64,000 nt of DNA from Anaeramoeba ignava BMAN (lineage: Eukaryota > Protista > Anaeramoebae), in contig JAPDFW010000056.1 of the NCBI GenBank assembly GCA_028826165.1, forward strand, positions 434,001-498,000, in the 5' to 3' direction. Below the pieces are notes generated by a model, which made no database searches, had not been told where the DNA came from, and saw only the letters and a list, made by a program, of their open reading frames with translations. This document shows positions 22,287 to 35,844 of the stretch, piece by piece. The translations under genes and the position numbers were made by a program. Position 1 is the stretch's first letter, and each line of letters begins with the position of its first letter.

Positions 22287-23830
22287 AAATTGAAGAAAGA
22301 ATTATTAAAAATTTAAGAAAGAGTTATTAAAAATTTAAAAAAAAATTATTAAAAATTGAAGAAAGAATTATTAAAAATTGAAGAAAGATTTATTGAAAAT
22401 TTAAAAAAGATTTATTAAAAATTTAAAAAAGAATTATTGAAAATTTAAGAAAGAATTATTAAAAATTTAAGGAAGAATTATTGGAAATTTAAAAAAGAAT
22501 TATTAAAAATTGAAGAAAGAATTATTAAAAATTGAAGAAAGAATTATTAAAAATTTAAGAAAGAATTATTGAAAATTGAAGAAAAAGTTATTGAAAATTG
22601 AAGAAAAAATTATTGAAAATTTAAGAAAGAATTATTAAAAATTGAAGAAAGAATTAAAAATTTAAGAAAGAATTATTAAAAATTTAAGGAAGAATTATTA
22701 AAAATTTAAGAAAGAATTAAAAATTTAAGGAAGAATTATTGAAAATTTAAAAAAGAATTATTAAAAATTGAAAAAAGAATTATTAAAAATTGAAGAAAAA
22801 GTTATTAAAGATTTATTGAAAATTTAAAAAAGAATTAAAAATTTAAAAAAGAATTAAAAATTTAAGAAAGAATTATTAAAAATTGAAGAAAGAATTATTA
22901 AAAATTGAAGAAAAAATTATTAAAAATTGAAGAAAGAATTATTAAAAATTGAAGAAAGAATTATTAAAAATTTAAGAAAGAATTATTAAAAATTGAAGAA
23001 AGAATTAAAAATTGAAGAAAGAATTATTGAAAATTGAAAAAGTTATTAAAAATTTAAAAAAGAATTAAAAATTTAAGAAAGAATTATTGAAAATTTAAAA
23101 AAGAATTATTGAAAATTTAAGAAAGAATTATTGAAAATTTAAGAAAGAATTATTAAAAATTTAAGAAAGAATTATTAAAAATTGAAGAAAGAATTATTAA
23201 AAATTTAAAAAAGAATTATTAAAAATTTAAGAAAGGATTATTAAAAATTGAAGAAAGAATTATTAAAAATTTAAGAAAGAATTATTAAAAATTGAAGAAA
23301 AAATTATTGAAAATTTAAAAAAGAATTATTAAAAATTTAAGAAAAAATTATTAAAAATTTAAAAAAGAATTGAAAATTTAAAAAAGATTTATTAAAAATT
23401 TAAAAAAGAATTATTAAAAATTTAAGAAAGAATTATTAAAAATTTAAGGAAGAATTATTGAAAATTTAAAAAAGAATTATTAAAAATTTAAGAAAGAATT
23501 ATTAAAAATTGAAGAAAGAATTATTAAAAATTGAAGAAAGAATTATTAAAAATTTAAGAAAGAATTATTGAAAATTGAAAAAGTTATTAAAAATTTAAAA
23601 AAGAATTAAAAATTTAAGAAAGAATTATTAAAAATTGAAGAAAGAATTATTAAAAATTGAAGAAAGAATTATTAAAAATTGAAAAAAGAATTATTAAAAA
23701 TTTAAGAAAGAATTATTAAAAATTGAAGAAAAAATTATTGAAAATTTAAAAAAGAATTAAAAATTGAAGAAAGAATTATTAAAAATTGAAAAAGTTATTG
23801 AAAATTGAAGAAAGAGTTATTGAAAATGAT
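22245..23830. repeat. ~21-mer tandem array (AAAGAATTATTAAAAATTGAAG / ...TTTAAG)n overlapping the end of the BCAS3-like CDS
   Basis: About 1.6 kb periodic array whose first units are the last codons of the gene. Confidence 0.9.
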
Positions 23831-23921
23831 AATTTTGTTTTTTCTTTCTTTCTTTTTTTTTTAGAATTGAAACTAAAATTTTCATTTTTTTCATTTCATT
23901 TTTTTTCATTTTATTTTTTAA

Positions 23922-26900
23922 ATGAAACTTACAATTGATTTCATTTATTCACAACTTGGAGAGGTTGAAGAGCAAATTTTATTAAATTATTAAATTATTA
24001 AATTATTAAATTATTAAAAAATTTTATTTTTGAATAAATAGAATGCTGATCTTTCTTTAATAAAAGAACTTTTTTTATCAGATATGAATATTACAAAATG
24101 TGAAGAATTATCAATTATGATAAATTTGGAAATGATTGATTTAAGGTTTTTATTTTTTTAATTTCATTTTGAACATTTCAATTTGTTTTATTAACAAAAT
24201 AATAATAAAAATAACAATAAAAATTTATTCATTTTTAAACAAAAGGAATAATAAAATCAAAACAATTTCTGATATTCAAGGATTATTTGGATGCAAGAAT
24301 TTACATACAATTACTCTTTTAGGATCACCAATTTGCAATATTGAAAATTATCGATTAAAAATGATTTCAAAATTTCCAAATTTAAAAGAATTGGATGAAA
24401 AGTACATTTTAAAATTCAAAATAAAATTCAAAATTAAATTGAAAATATAAAATTTAAATTGATTTTAATAGTTCTGTAACAACTGAAGAAAGAAATCAAG
24501 CAAAAAATTTAATTTCAAAAGAAAATCAAAATCAAAATCAAAATCAAAATCAAAATCAAAATCAAAATCAAAATCAAAATCAAAATCAAAATCAAAATCA
24601 AAATCAAGAACCAAAAAAACTTGATAGAGAATTAGAATTAGCAATAGCATTTATTCCAAAAGCTTTTATACCCACAGAAAACGAAGGAGTTTTCCATTTC
24701 AAAATTACAGGAGAAGATGAATTAAATTTTTCGATTAATATTTTAAAAGATTCCGTTCAAATTCAACAGGGATTAACAGGAATACCCAAATGCACAATCT
24801 CATGTGAAAAACAAATATTAATATCAATCCTTAACGGTTCATTAGAACCAGCAATGGCTCTAATGTTTGGACAACTTGTTGTTGATAATTTAGAAGCAAT
24901 TGCCCAATTTTCGAAATCATTCAATTTTAAATCAGAAATTTTTCAAAAATATCGAGAAGAAATTAACAAATCCAAATCACAAAATCAACCAAATTTGAAC
25001 AAGGAAATTACCAAAAAGAATGAAACTCTGATTGATAACCAAGAATTGGATTCTGAAAAACAGGAAAAAACCAAAGAGAAAAAAGAACCAAAGAAAATCC
25101 ATCTCAAAATGAATTCTCATACACTGAATAGGTTTACAAAGGATATTAAATTGCAGGCTATTCTGGTCTCATTCCGAGATCGCTTTTCTTCTGAATTAGC
25201 AAGGGATATGGTGATTCATTTTGTTGTTTATGATATCCCAAGTAATGGGTTTACTGTGGAGATCTACCACAGACGCTTATATGTGTATGATGCAATAACA
25301 CTAAAGCCTGATTGTGTGATTAAATGCTATAAAAAGGCTTTGATTGCATTATTTGTGGAGAAAATGGATTTGTCGCTTTTAATATTGAAAGGAGAGATTG
25401 AACTTGAAAATCCAATTTTGGTTCATCAATTTTTATCTTCATTAAAAATTCGCAAAAAGAAAATAAAAATTCCTGAAAGTAATTTCCAAGAGGATTTGGA
25501 GGTGAGAAATTATTTGGAATATTTGGTGTGGAAATGGAAGGGGAATGATTACAGCAATTACAATGTCAAACTTGTTGTTTTGGACTCAGATATTTGTGAT
25601 TACATGATAAATGTTTTGAGCTCAAAAGTGAAAGTGATACCGATTGACAAGAATTCTTCTGAATCATGCAACTTGTTGATTGCAACAACAAAAGAGAATT
25701 TGATATCGTATCTTCTAGGCGACATTCCTTTCGAGGAAATGATTGAAAGCGATTCAATTCAAATCACGGAGTCTGAGCAGGGATTCCTTGATATTTTTGA
25801 AGAACAATTCAAATTAAGAGACGATATTTATGAAAAATTTCAAGAATACCAATTGCTAATAGAAAAAGAGGAAGATGATGAATCCCCAATGGGTTCTTTT
25901 TCACAACAACTTGAGCGGGCATTTTCTTTTATTCCCTATTTTTATCAACCAACAGATTTCGATGGTGATTTCAGGTTTAAAATAATTCAATCGGAAACAA
26001 ATGATCCGATTTTGAAAACAATCACAATTGATAGAAAGAATATTGAAGATGGAATCCAAAATCCAGTGATAATAACTCATGGATGGAAGGAATCAGACCC
26101 AAAAAATATCATTTGCACAATAACAATTACTCAGGAAGTATTGATTGGGTTAATGGATGGCACACAAAAAGCAACAGATGCTTTTTTGCAAAAGAAAATC
26201 GAAGTTGATAATGTTTCTCATCTTACAAAGTTTTTTGCTGCTTTCAGATTCGATAAGGAAAAGTTTAAAGAATATATGAATCAACCTCAAGATGCTTTTT
26301 TTGATAATGACAATATAAATGGTGAAGAAATTTTGGAATATGAATTGAATCCAAGCAAACAAAGATTTAAAAAATCATTGAGAGTTATTAAGAATCAATT
26401 TTCGAAATTCAAAAGAAAAACTGACAAAATTTATCAAAAAACAAAGATCAAAGGTGGATTAATTATTGCAAAAATTCGGAATAAATCTCAAAAAAAAGAA
26501 GAAGAACCAAAAAATTTAAATGAAAATGAAAATGAAAATCAAAATGAAAATGAAAATGAAAATGAAAATGAAAATCAAAATGAAAATCAAAATGAAAATG
26601 AAAATCAAAATCAAAATCAAATTCAAAATAAAAACAATAATTCAAATCAAATTCAAAATCAAAACCAAAATCAAGAGGAAAAACAGATTGATTCCATTTT
26701 AAAAGAAGAATTTTCAGATTCTTCTGATAGTGAAGATTTAAATGAAATTTTGAATAAACAATTTCAAATTCCCACTAATCAAAATCAAAATCAAAATCAA
26801 AATCAAAATCAAAATCAAAATCAAAATCAAAATCAAAATCAAAATTAAAATCAAAATCAAAATCAAAATCAAAATCAAATTCAAAATCAAAATCAAAATC

Positions 26901-27043
26901 AAAATCAAAATCAAAATCAAAATCAAAATTTAAATCAAAATCAAAATTTAAATCAAAATCAAAATGAAAATGAAAATCAAAATGAAAAAGATCCTTTTGA
27001 TTTTGATAAAATTCAAAAAGCTTTTAATTCCAAAAAGAAATAA
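23922..27043 (+). CDS. LRR (SDS22/U2A'-like with LRRcap) + four SCP2 sterol-carrier-like domains + N/Q tail
   Basis: Exons 23922-23963, 24042-24145, 24246-24401, 24472 onward join in frame with ORF 24854..26848. LRR: LEMIDLRNNKIKTISDI..L.TITLLGSPIC..ENYRLKMISKFPNLKELD. SCP2-like: PKCTISCEKQILISILNGSLEPAMALMFGQLVV plus three similar units. After an in-frame TAA at 26846 the frame continues to a stop at 27043. Confidence 0.72.
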
Positions 27044-27560
27044 TTTTAATTTTAATTTCATTTCTAATTTTAATTTTAATTTTAATTTCATTTCTAATTT
27101 CATTTCTAATTTTAATTTTTAATTTTAATTTTAATTTTAATTTTAATTTTAATTTTAATTTTAATTTTAATTCTAATTCTAATTTTAATTTTAATTTTAA
27201 TTTTAATTCTAATTTTAATTTTAATTTTAATTTTAATTTTAATTTTAATTTTAATTTTAATTTTAATTTTAATTTTAATTTCAATTTTAATTTTAATTTT
27301 AATTTAATTTAATTTTAATTTTAATTTTAATTTTTAATTTTAATTTTAATTTTAATTTTAATTTTAATTTTAATTTTAATTTTAATTTTAATTTTAATTT
27401 TAATTTTAATTTCAATTTTAATTTTAATTTTAATTTTAATTTTAATTTTAATTTTAATTTTAATTTTAATTTTAATTCTAATTTCAATTTTAATTTTAAT
27501 TCTAATTTCATTTTTAATTTTAATTTTAATTTTAATTCTAATTTCATTTCTAATTTCAAT
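27044..27560. repeat. (TTTTAA)n hexamer array between convergent genes
   Basis: Direct observation. Confidence 0.9.
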
Positions 27561-27767
27561 TCCAAAAAAAAAAATAAAAAAAATTGAATTTGTTTTTTGT
27601 TTTTGTTTTGTTTTTTTAATTTTGAAAGTAAAAAAAAAACCAAAACAAAAATTGAATTAAAATTGAATTAGAATTGAATTAAAAAAGAAAAGAATCAAAT
27701 CAAATTAATTTCTTATTTTATAAAAAAAAGAAATTAAGAAAGAAAAAAAAGGAAAAGAAAAATGAAA

Positions 27768-30700
27768 TTATCTTGAAAAGATGTCTTCAGTCCAACTATG
27801 GAAATCATATCCATCATCAACTTGTGGTGCTGTTTGAATAATATAGTTGACATCTTGATCATCCATAACTAAATCCATTAAATCTTTTTTAGCAACTTTA
27901 AATCCTCTGTTAATTAAAACAAATGAATTAATAACTTCATCTTTAGTATCTGAATCTCCAAAAAGAACAATCATAAATTCTTTAAATCTTTCATAAGAAA
28001 TATCTTTTCCATCTCCATATTCTTCCATGATTTTTGTGATTTCTTTGGGTGTTCTTTCTTCTCCAAGTGAATACAAACATGCTGTTAATTCTTTTCTATC
28101 AATAGTTCCTGAATTATCGAAATCAAATTGTTTGAAATTCTCTTCAATTTCTTGCATTTGTTCTGCTGTAATTCCTCTTAATTTTTGATTTTCAATTTCT
28201 TCTTCTAACATTTTCTTTTTACGATTTAAGAAATTTTCATATTGTTCCCATTGAACTAATAAATCTTTAAGTGTTAAAGTTGTGTGTCTGTTGTTTTGAA
28301 TTCCTGCTTTATCCATTTTACTTTGTAAATCTTGAAGTGGTTCAAGTTTACTTTTTTCTGTTGATAATCCTGTAATGCATTTGTTAACAAATTCAAGTTG
28401 GATTTGAAGTGTTTCTTTTGATGTTGTGATTTTATCTTTTTGTTCTGAAATCCATTTAAATAATGGATCAGCTACATCTGCAAATTTCTTACAAAGTGCA
28501 TCGTTATCTCTTTGTCTTTGAAGTTCAATTTCATAAGCTTTCATTCTTTCACTTAATGAATTCTTTAATGATTGTAAATAGTTATTAATATCTTCTAATG
28601 TGAGATTTGTATATGGATTTTTAACAACTTTGAGTGAATCCATTTCTTCTTTAGCTTTTTCACATTCTTTTTTCATAACTTCAGCTCTTGAAAGAACTTC
28701 TTTTTCATTATCTTCAATAACTTTCTTAAATGCTTCAACTTCATCAAGTGTATATCCGAAATCTCTTAAACTTGCATTTTCAATTTCTAATTTAACAAAT
28801 GCTTCAAATTCTGAAACTGCATTTGCAAATGCTAATCTAACTTTTTCTTTATCTGTTTCAAGTTGTAAACATTTATCTAAATATTCTTTTTTGACAACTG
28901 CTAATTTGGATAATTCTTCTAATTTGTTATTCATATCATCATGTCTATCTGTAATATCTTTGAATTTATTCTCTCCAAAGATTTTAGCTTGATATTGGGT
29001 AATATCATAAACATAATTTGATAATTCAGTTTCATATTTTTGTGCTATTGTTTCTTGTCCAAATTTATTCATTTCAACAACTCTTGTTTCTTTGGTTGAT
29101 TTATATTCATTTGAATAACTATCAAATAAATTAAGTTGTGTTTTTGCTTCACTAACTGAATTAATTTCTTCTCTTAAATCCAAATATTCTTTTTTAGCTT
29201 TGAACCAATTAACTAATTTATCAAATTTATCTTTGTGATCAACATTCATTTGTCTTACTTTTTCAATAAATTCTTCTCTCTTCAAGTGATCATCAAGAAT
29301 TGCTTTTTTGATTTCTGCTAATTTAGATAACTCTTCTAATTTGTTATTCATATCATCATGTCTATCTGTAATATCTTTGAGTTTGTTCTCTCCAAAAGTT
29401 TTGCCTTGATATTGAGTAATATCATAAACATAATTTGATAATTCAGTTTCATATTTTTGTGCTATTGTTTCTTGTCCAAGTTTATTCATTTCAACAACTC
29501 TTGTTTCTTTGGTTGTTTGATATTCATTTGAATAAGTATCAAATAAACTTAATTGATTTCTTGCTTCACTAACTGAATTAATTTCTTCTCTTAAATCCAA
29601 ATATTCTTTCTTAGCTTTGAACCAATTAACTAATTTATCAAATTTATCTTTATGTTCAACATTCATTTGTCTAACTTTTTCAATAAATTCTTCTCTCTTT
29701 AAGTGATCATCAAGAATTGCTTTCTTAATTTCTGCTAATTTAGATAATTCTTCTAATTTATTATTCATATCATCATGTCTATCTGTAATATCTTTGAGTT
29801 TGTTCTCTCCAAAAGTTTTACCTTGATATTGAGTAATATCATAAACATAATTTGATAATTCAGTTTCATATTTTTGTGCTAAAATATCTTGTCCAAGTTT
29901 ATTCATTTCAACAACTAATGTTTCTTTTGTGTTTTGGTATTCATTTGAATAAATATCAAATAAATTGAGTTGATTTCTTGCATCTCCAACTGAATTAATT
30001 TCTTCTCTTAAATCCAAATATTCTTTCTTATCTTTGAACCATTGAACTAATTTCTCAAATTTATCTTTATGTTCAACATTCATTTGTCTTACTTTTTCAA
30101 TAAATTCTTCTCTCTTTAAGTGATCATCAAGAATTGCTTTCTTAATTTCTGCTAATTTGAATAATTCTTCTAATTTATTATTCATATCATCATGTCTATC
30201 TGTAATATCTTTGAATCTATTTTCTCTGAAGGTTTTGCCTTGATATTGAGTAATATCATAAACATAATTAGATAATTCAGTTTCATATTTTTGAGCTAAT
30301 ATATCTTGTCCAAGTTTCAAAAATTCAACAACTCTTGTTTCTTTGGTTGTTTGATATTCATTTGAATAAGTATTGAAAATATGAATATTCTTGGATGCAT
30401 CACTAACTGAATTAATTTCTTCTCTAATTTCCAAATATTCTTTCTTAGCTTTGAACCATTGAACTAATTTATCAAATTTATCTTTATGTTCAACATTCAT
30501 TTGTCTTACTTTTTCAATAAATTCTTCTCTCTTCAAGTGATCATCAAGAATTGCTTTTTTGATTTCTGCTAATTTGAATAATTCTTCTAATTTGTTATTC
30601 ATATCATCATGTCTATCTGTAATATCTTTGAATCTATTTTCTCTGAAGGTTTTACCTTGATATTGAGTAATATCATAAACATAATTTAGATAATTCAGTT

Positions 30701-33700
30701 TCATATTTTTGAGCTAATATATCTTTTCCAAGTTTATTCATTTCAATAACTCTTATTTCTTTAGTAGCTTGATATTCTTTTACATATGAAGCAAAAATAT
30801 TCAAATTTTTAGATGCATCACTAACTGAATTAATTTCTTCTCTGAATTCTAAATATTCTTTCTTAGCATTGAACCAATTAACTAATTTATCAAATTTATC
30901 TTTATGTTCAACATTCATTTGTCTTACTTTTTCAATAAATTCTTCTCTCTTCAAATGATCATCAAGAATTGCTTTTTTGATTTCTGCTAATTTGAATAAT
31001 TCTTCTAATTTGTTATTCATATCATCATGTCTATCTGTAATATCTTTGAATTGGTTTTTGCCAAAGGTTTTACCTTGATATTGAGTAATATTGTAAACAT
31101 AATTTGATAATTCAGTTTCATATTTTTGTGCTAAAATATCTTGTCCAAGTTTATTCATTTCAACAACTAATGTTTCTTTTGGTGTTTTGGTATTCATTTG
31201 AATAGATATCAAATAAACTTAATTGATTTCTTGCTTCACTTGTTGAATTAATTTCTTCTCTTAATTCTAAATATTCTTTCTTATCATTGAACCATTTAAC
31301 TAATTTCTCAAATTGATCTTGATGATCTGCATTCATTTGTCTTACTTTTTCAATAAATTCTTCTCTCTTCAAGTGATCATCAAGAATTGCTTTCTTGATT
31401 TCTGCTAATTTGAATAATTCTTCCAATTTATTATTCATATCATCATGTCTATCTGTAATATCTTTGAATCTATTTTCTCTGAAGGTTTTACCTTGATATT
31501 GAGTAATATCATAAACATAATTAGATAATTCAGTTTCATATTTTTGAGCTAAAATATCTTGTCCAAGTTTATTCATTTCAATAACTCTTATTTCTTTAGT
31601 AGCTTGATATTCTTTTACATATGAAGCAAAAATATTCAAATTTTTGGATGCATCACTAACTGAATTAATTTCTTCTCTGAATTCTAAATATTCTTTCTTA
31701 GCATTAAACCAATTAACTAATTTATCAAATTTATCTTTATGTTCAACATTCATTTGTCTTACTTTCTCAATAAATTCTTCTCTCTTTAAATGATCATCAA
31801 GAATTGCTTTCTTGGTTTCTGCTAATTTAGATAATTCTTCCAATTTATTATTCATATCATCATGTCTATCTGTAATATCTTTGAAATGATTTTCTCCAAA
31901 AGTTTTGCCTTGATATTGAGTAATATCATAAACATAATTTGATAATTCAGTTTCATATTTTTGAGCTAAAATTTCTTGTCCAAGTTTATTCATTTCAACA
32001 ACAGCTGTTTCTTTTGTGTTTTTATAATCATTTGAATAGATATCAAATAAACTTAATTGAGATTTAGCTTCTCCAACTGAATTAATTTCTTCTCTTAAAT
32101 CCAAATATTCTTTCTTATCATTAAACCATTTAACTAATTTCTCAAATTGATCTTGATGATCTGCATTCATTTGTCTTACTTTCTCAATAAATTCTTCTCT
32201 CTTTAAATGATCATCAAGAATTGCCTTCTTGATTTCTGCTAATTTGAATAAATCTTCCAAATTTTTATTCATATCATCATGTCTATCAGTAATATCTTTG
32301 AAATGATTTTCTCCAAAAGTTTTACCTTGATATTGAGTAATATCATAAACATAATTAGATAATTCAGTTTCATATTTTTGAGCTAAAATATCTTTTCCAA
32401 GTTTATTCATTTCAACAACAGATGTTTCTTTGGTGTTTTGATATTCATTTGAATAAATATCAAATAAATTGAGTTGATTTCTTGCATCTCCAACTGAATT
32501 AATTTCTTCTCTTAATTCTAAATATTCTTTCTTATCATTAAACCATTGAACTAATTTATCAAATTGATCTTTATGTTCAACATTCATTTGTCTTACTTTC
32601 TCAATAAATTCTTCTCTTTTTAAATGATCATCAAGAATTGCCTTTTTGATTTCTGCTAATTTGAATAATTCTTCCAATTTGCTGTTTATATCATCATGTC
32701 TATCTGTAATATCTTTAAATTGATTTTGGCCAAATGTTTTACCTTGATATTGAGTAATATTGTAAACATAATTAGATAATTCAGTTTCATATTTTTGAGC
32801 TAATATATCTTTTCCAAGTTTATTCATTTCAACAACAGCTGTTTCTTTTGTTGATTGGTATTCATTTGAATAGATATCAAATAAACTTAATTGATTTCTT
32901 GCTTCACTTGTTGAATTAATTTCTTCTCTTAATTCTAAATATTCTTTCTTGGCTTCAAACCATTTAACTAATTTCTCAAATTTATCTTTGTGATCAACAT
33001 TCATTTGTCTAACTTTTTCAATAAATTCTTCTCTCTTTAAATGATCATCAAGAATTGCTTTTTTGATTTCTGCTAATTTGAATAATTCTTCCAATTTGTT
33101 ATTCATATCATCATGTCTATCAGTAATATCTTTGAAATGATTTTCTCCAAAGATTTTACCTTGATATTGAGTAATATTGTAAACATAATTTGATAATTCA
33201 GTTTCATATTTTTGTGCTAATATATCTTGTCCAAGTTTATTCATTTCAACAACTAATGTTTCTTTGGTGTTTTGGTATTCATTTGAATAGATATCAAACA
33301 AATTGAGTTGATTTCTTGCTTCACTTGATGTATTAATTTCTTCTCTTAATTCCAAATATGCTTTTTTATCTTTGAACCATTGAACTAATTTTTCAAATTG
33401 ATCTTTATGTCCAGCATTCATTTGTCTTACTTTCTCAATAAATTCTTCTCTCTTCAAGTGATCATCAAGAATTGCTTTCTTGGTTTCTGCTAATTTAGAT
33501 AATTCTTCTAATTTATTATTCATATCATCATGTCTATCAGTAATATCTTTGAAATGATTTTCTCCAAAAGTTTTACCTTGATATTGAGTAATATCATAAA
33601 CATAATTAGAATATTCAGTTTCATATTTTTGAGCTAAAATATCTTGTCCAAGTTTATTCATTTCAACAACTGATGTTTCTTTGGTTGATTGATATTCATT

Positions 33701-35350
33701 TGAATATGAATCGAAAATATTAAGTTGTTGTGATGCATCACTAACTGAATTAATTTCTTCTCTTAAATCCAAATAAGCTTTCTTATCATTAAACCATTGA
33801 ACTAATTTATCAAATTGATCTTTGTGTCCAGCATTCATTTGTCTTACTTTCTCAATAAATTCTTCTCTCTTTAAATGATCATCAAGAATTGGTTTTTTGA
33901 TTTTTTTTAATTCTTCTAATTTTTTGAATTTTTCTTCAATTTCTTTATCATGTTTTTCAATATTTTCTTGGTATTCATATTTTTCTTGTTTTAATTCTTC
34001 AGATAATTTCTTTAAATTAGCTACTCCAGTTTTGATCATTGTTTCATTTTCTTTTTCATAACTTTCAAGTAATCTTAATTGTAATAATGCAGCAGAAACT
34101 GATCCAATTTCTTCTCTAAATTCAAGATATTCTTGTTTTTTTTTGCAATAATCAATTAATTTATTGTATCTTGATTCATGTTGTTTAGAAATATTAACAA
34201 GTTTGAGTTGTCGATTTAATTCATTATGAAGTGCTACTTTTCTTTCTTGTTCACATTCTTCTAAATGAAGCATATCTTTTTCAATATCTTTCAATGAACA
34301 TCCTACTTCAGCTTTAAATTCAGGTCTTTTATGATGTGATAATCTCATTGCTAAATTGTTATAATTTGATTCAAGATTTAATTGATCTGCAATTAATGAA
34401 TTTTTATCTTTGGTTTTGTATTCATAAAATTTTTCTAATCTTGATTTAGCTCCTTCCATTGTATTATCAATTGTTCGATCTTCAAGAACTTTTTCTGATT
34501 TTTTAAGAACTTCTTTGAAATTTTTTGCTGTTTTATTGTATTCTGATTTAAGTCTATCATTTTCTTTGGTTAAATTGATTAATTTTTTGATTCTTCTTGC
34601 TGCTAAATCAAGTTTTCTTTGTTCTGCAATTCCATAATAATATTCACTAACATAAACAACCATTGAATTTTCATCTAATTTTCTAATTTCATCAGGTGTA
34701 ATATATTTCTCCAATCCAAAATATTTCTCAGCTGCATCTTGTGCAATTTGTAAATTTTTAATTGGATCATTTGAATTTAAACTATTCCAATCAATTAATT
34801 TGGGTCTGTGTTTGTGAATAATTGCGCATAAAGCTAATCCATCTGCAAAACTTTTTTTGAAATCAGTAACTTCAACATTTTTATAACTTGCAGTTTTGTT
34901 TTTACACCACATTAATAAAGCATCTTTAGCATTTAATGATTCACCTCCACTTTCATCATCAATTTTAATGTATTTCATCATGATTCCCCAAGTTAAAGCT
35001 AATGCTGCTCTTACATCTCCTTGTTCAAGTTGCTCAGCTGATGGTTTTACTTTCATATCAACTCCTTTATTCCATGCAAATTTCAAAGCATTGTTTAAAT
35101 TATCAATTCTGTGAACTGACATTTTAGGTCTTGGATTGATTTTTCCTTCATATTTTGATTCACTTAAAACTTCAATTAAATTCAAAAGAACTAATCCATC
35201 TTTATAATCATCAACAACATCATTTACTCTCATTTCAGGTCTTGTTCTTAATAATTTTTGTTTAACCCATCTTGAGAAAATTTTTCTTTGTAACATAACC
35301 CATTCTTGACTTTTGGGTCCAGTTCTTCCACTTCTTCCCATTCTTGACAT
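27768..35350 (-). CDS. Giant alpha-actinin-like protein (~2,526 aa): CH1-CH2, spectrin-repeat rod with 12 extra repeats, C-terminal EF hands; two apparent +1 indels (~31180, ~30686)
   Basis: N-terminal QRKIFSRWV..DDYKDGLVLLNLIEVLS and AKDALLMWCKNKT..Y.NVEVTDFKKSFADGLALCAIIHKHRP (tandem CH). C-terminal FKQFDFDNSGTIDRKELTACLYSLG (EF hand). ORFs 31160..35350, 30673..31212 and 27768..30704 join by comparison with neighbouring repeats; intronless. Confidence 0.93.
28870..33900 (-). repeat. 12 coding tandem repeats of ~417 nt (139 aa) in the alpha-actinin rod
   Basis: The LDDHLKREEFIEKVRQMN anchor (plus strand tcatcaagaattg) recurs every ~417 nt from ~29290 to ~33880. Confidence 0.92.
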
Positions 35351-35844
35351 TTTTGTTTGTTTTTTTTAATAATAATTAAAGTGTTTTTGTTTTAATTAAA
35401 TTGTGTGTTTTGTTTTTGTTTTTAATTAAAGTTTTGTGTTTTATTTTAAATTAAATAAAACGAAAAAAATGAAAAAAAAGAAAAAGAAAAAATTTTTTTT
35501 ATTTAAAAAGAAGGCAAAAATTTTTGCTTTTTAATTTTTATTTTAAATCAAGTTTAGTAATTTTATTATTTTTATTATTAATTTTTATTAATTTTTTTTA
35601 TTTAAAAAGAAAAAAAAATTTTTTTTGTTTTTTTTTTCATTTTTTTAGCTTCAAAAAAATTTATAATAAAAAATTAATAAAGAAAATTAAAATTTTTTCT
35701 TTATTAATTTTTTATTATTTTTTTTTTTAATAAGGAAAATTAAAACAAAATTAGAAATTATTATTAAATTCTTTTTTTTCTATTTAAATTTGTTTTAAAT
35801 TTCCAAGAATAAATTAATTTTATTAAAAGCACAACCAATAGGTT

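Noticed and set aside
23964-24041. Possible GC-AG intron (GA/gcaaat) in the LRR-SCP2 gene, and U12-type introns generally
   Set aside because: Phase fits only the GT donor at 23964. No reconstructed intron has an RTATCCTT donor or AT-AC ends
26846-26848. TAA in the CAA position of an Asn-Gln repeat, suggesting a TAA=Gln genetic code as in hexamitids or ciliates
   Set aside because: TAA, TAG and TGA all terminate conserved genes here (mannosidases TAA, PRP6 and ABCE1 TAG, PP5 TGA), and long ORFs contain no other in-frame TAR. A single C-to-T error or polymorphism is sufficient
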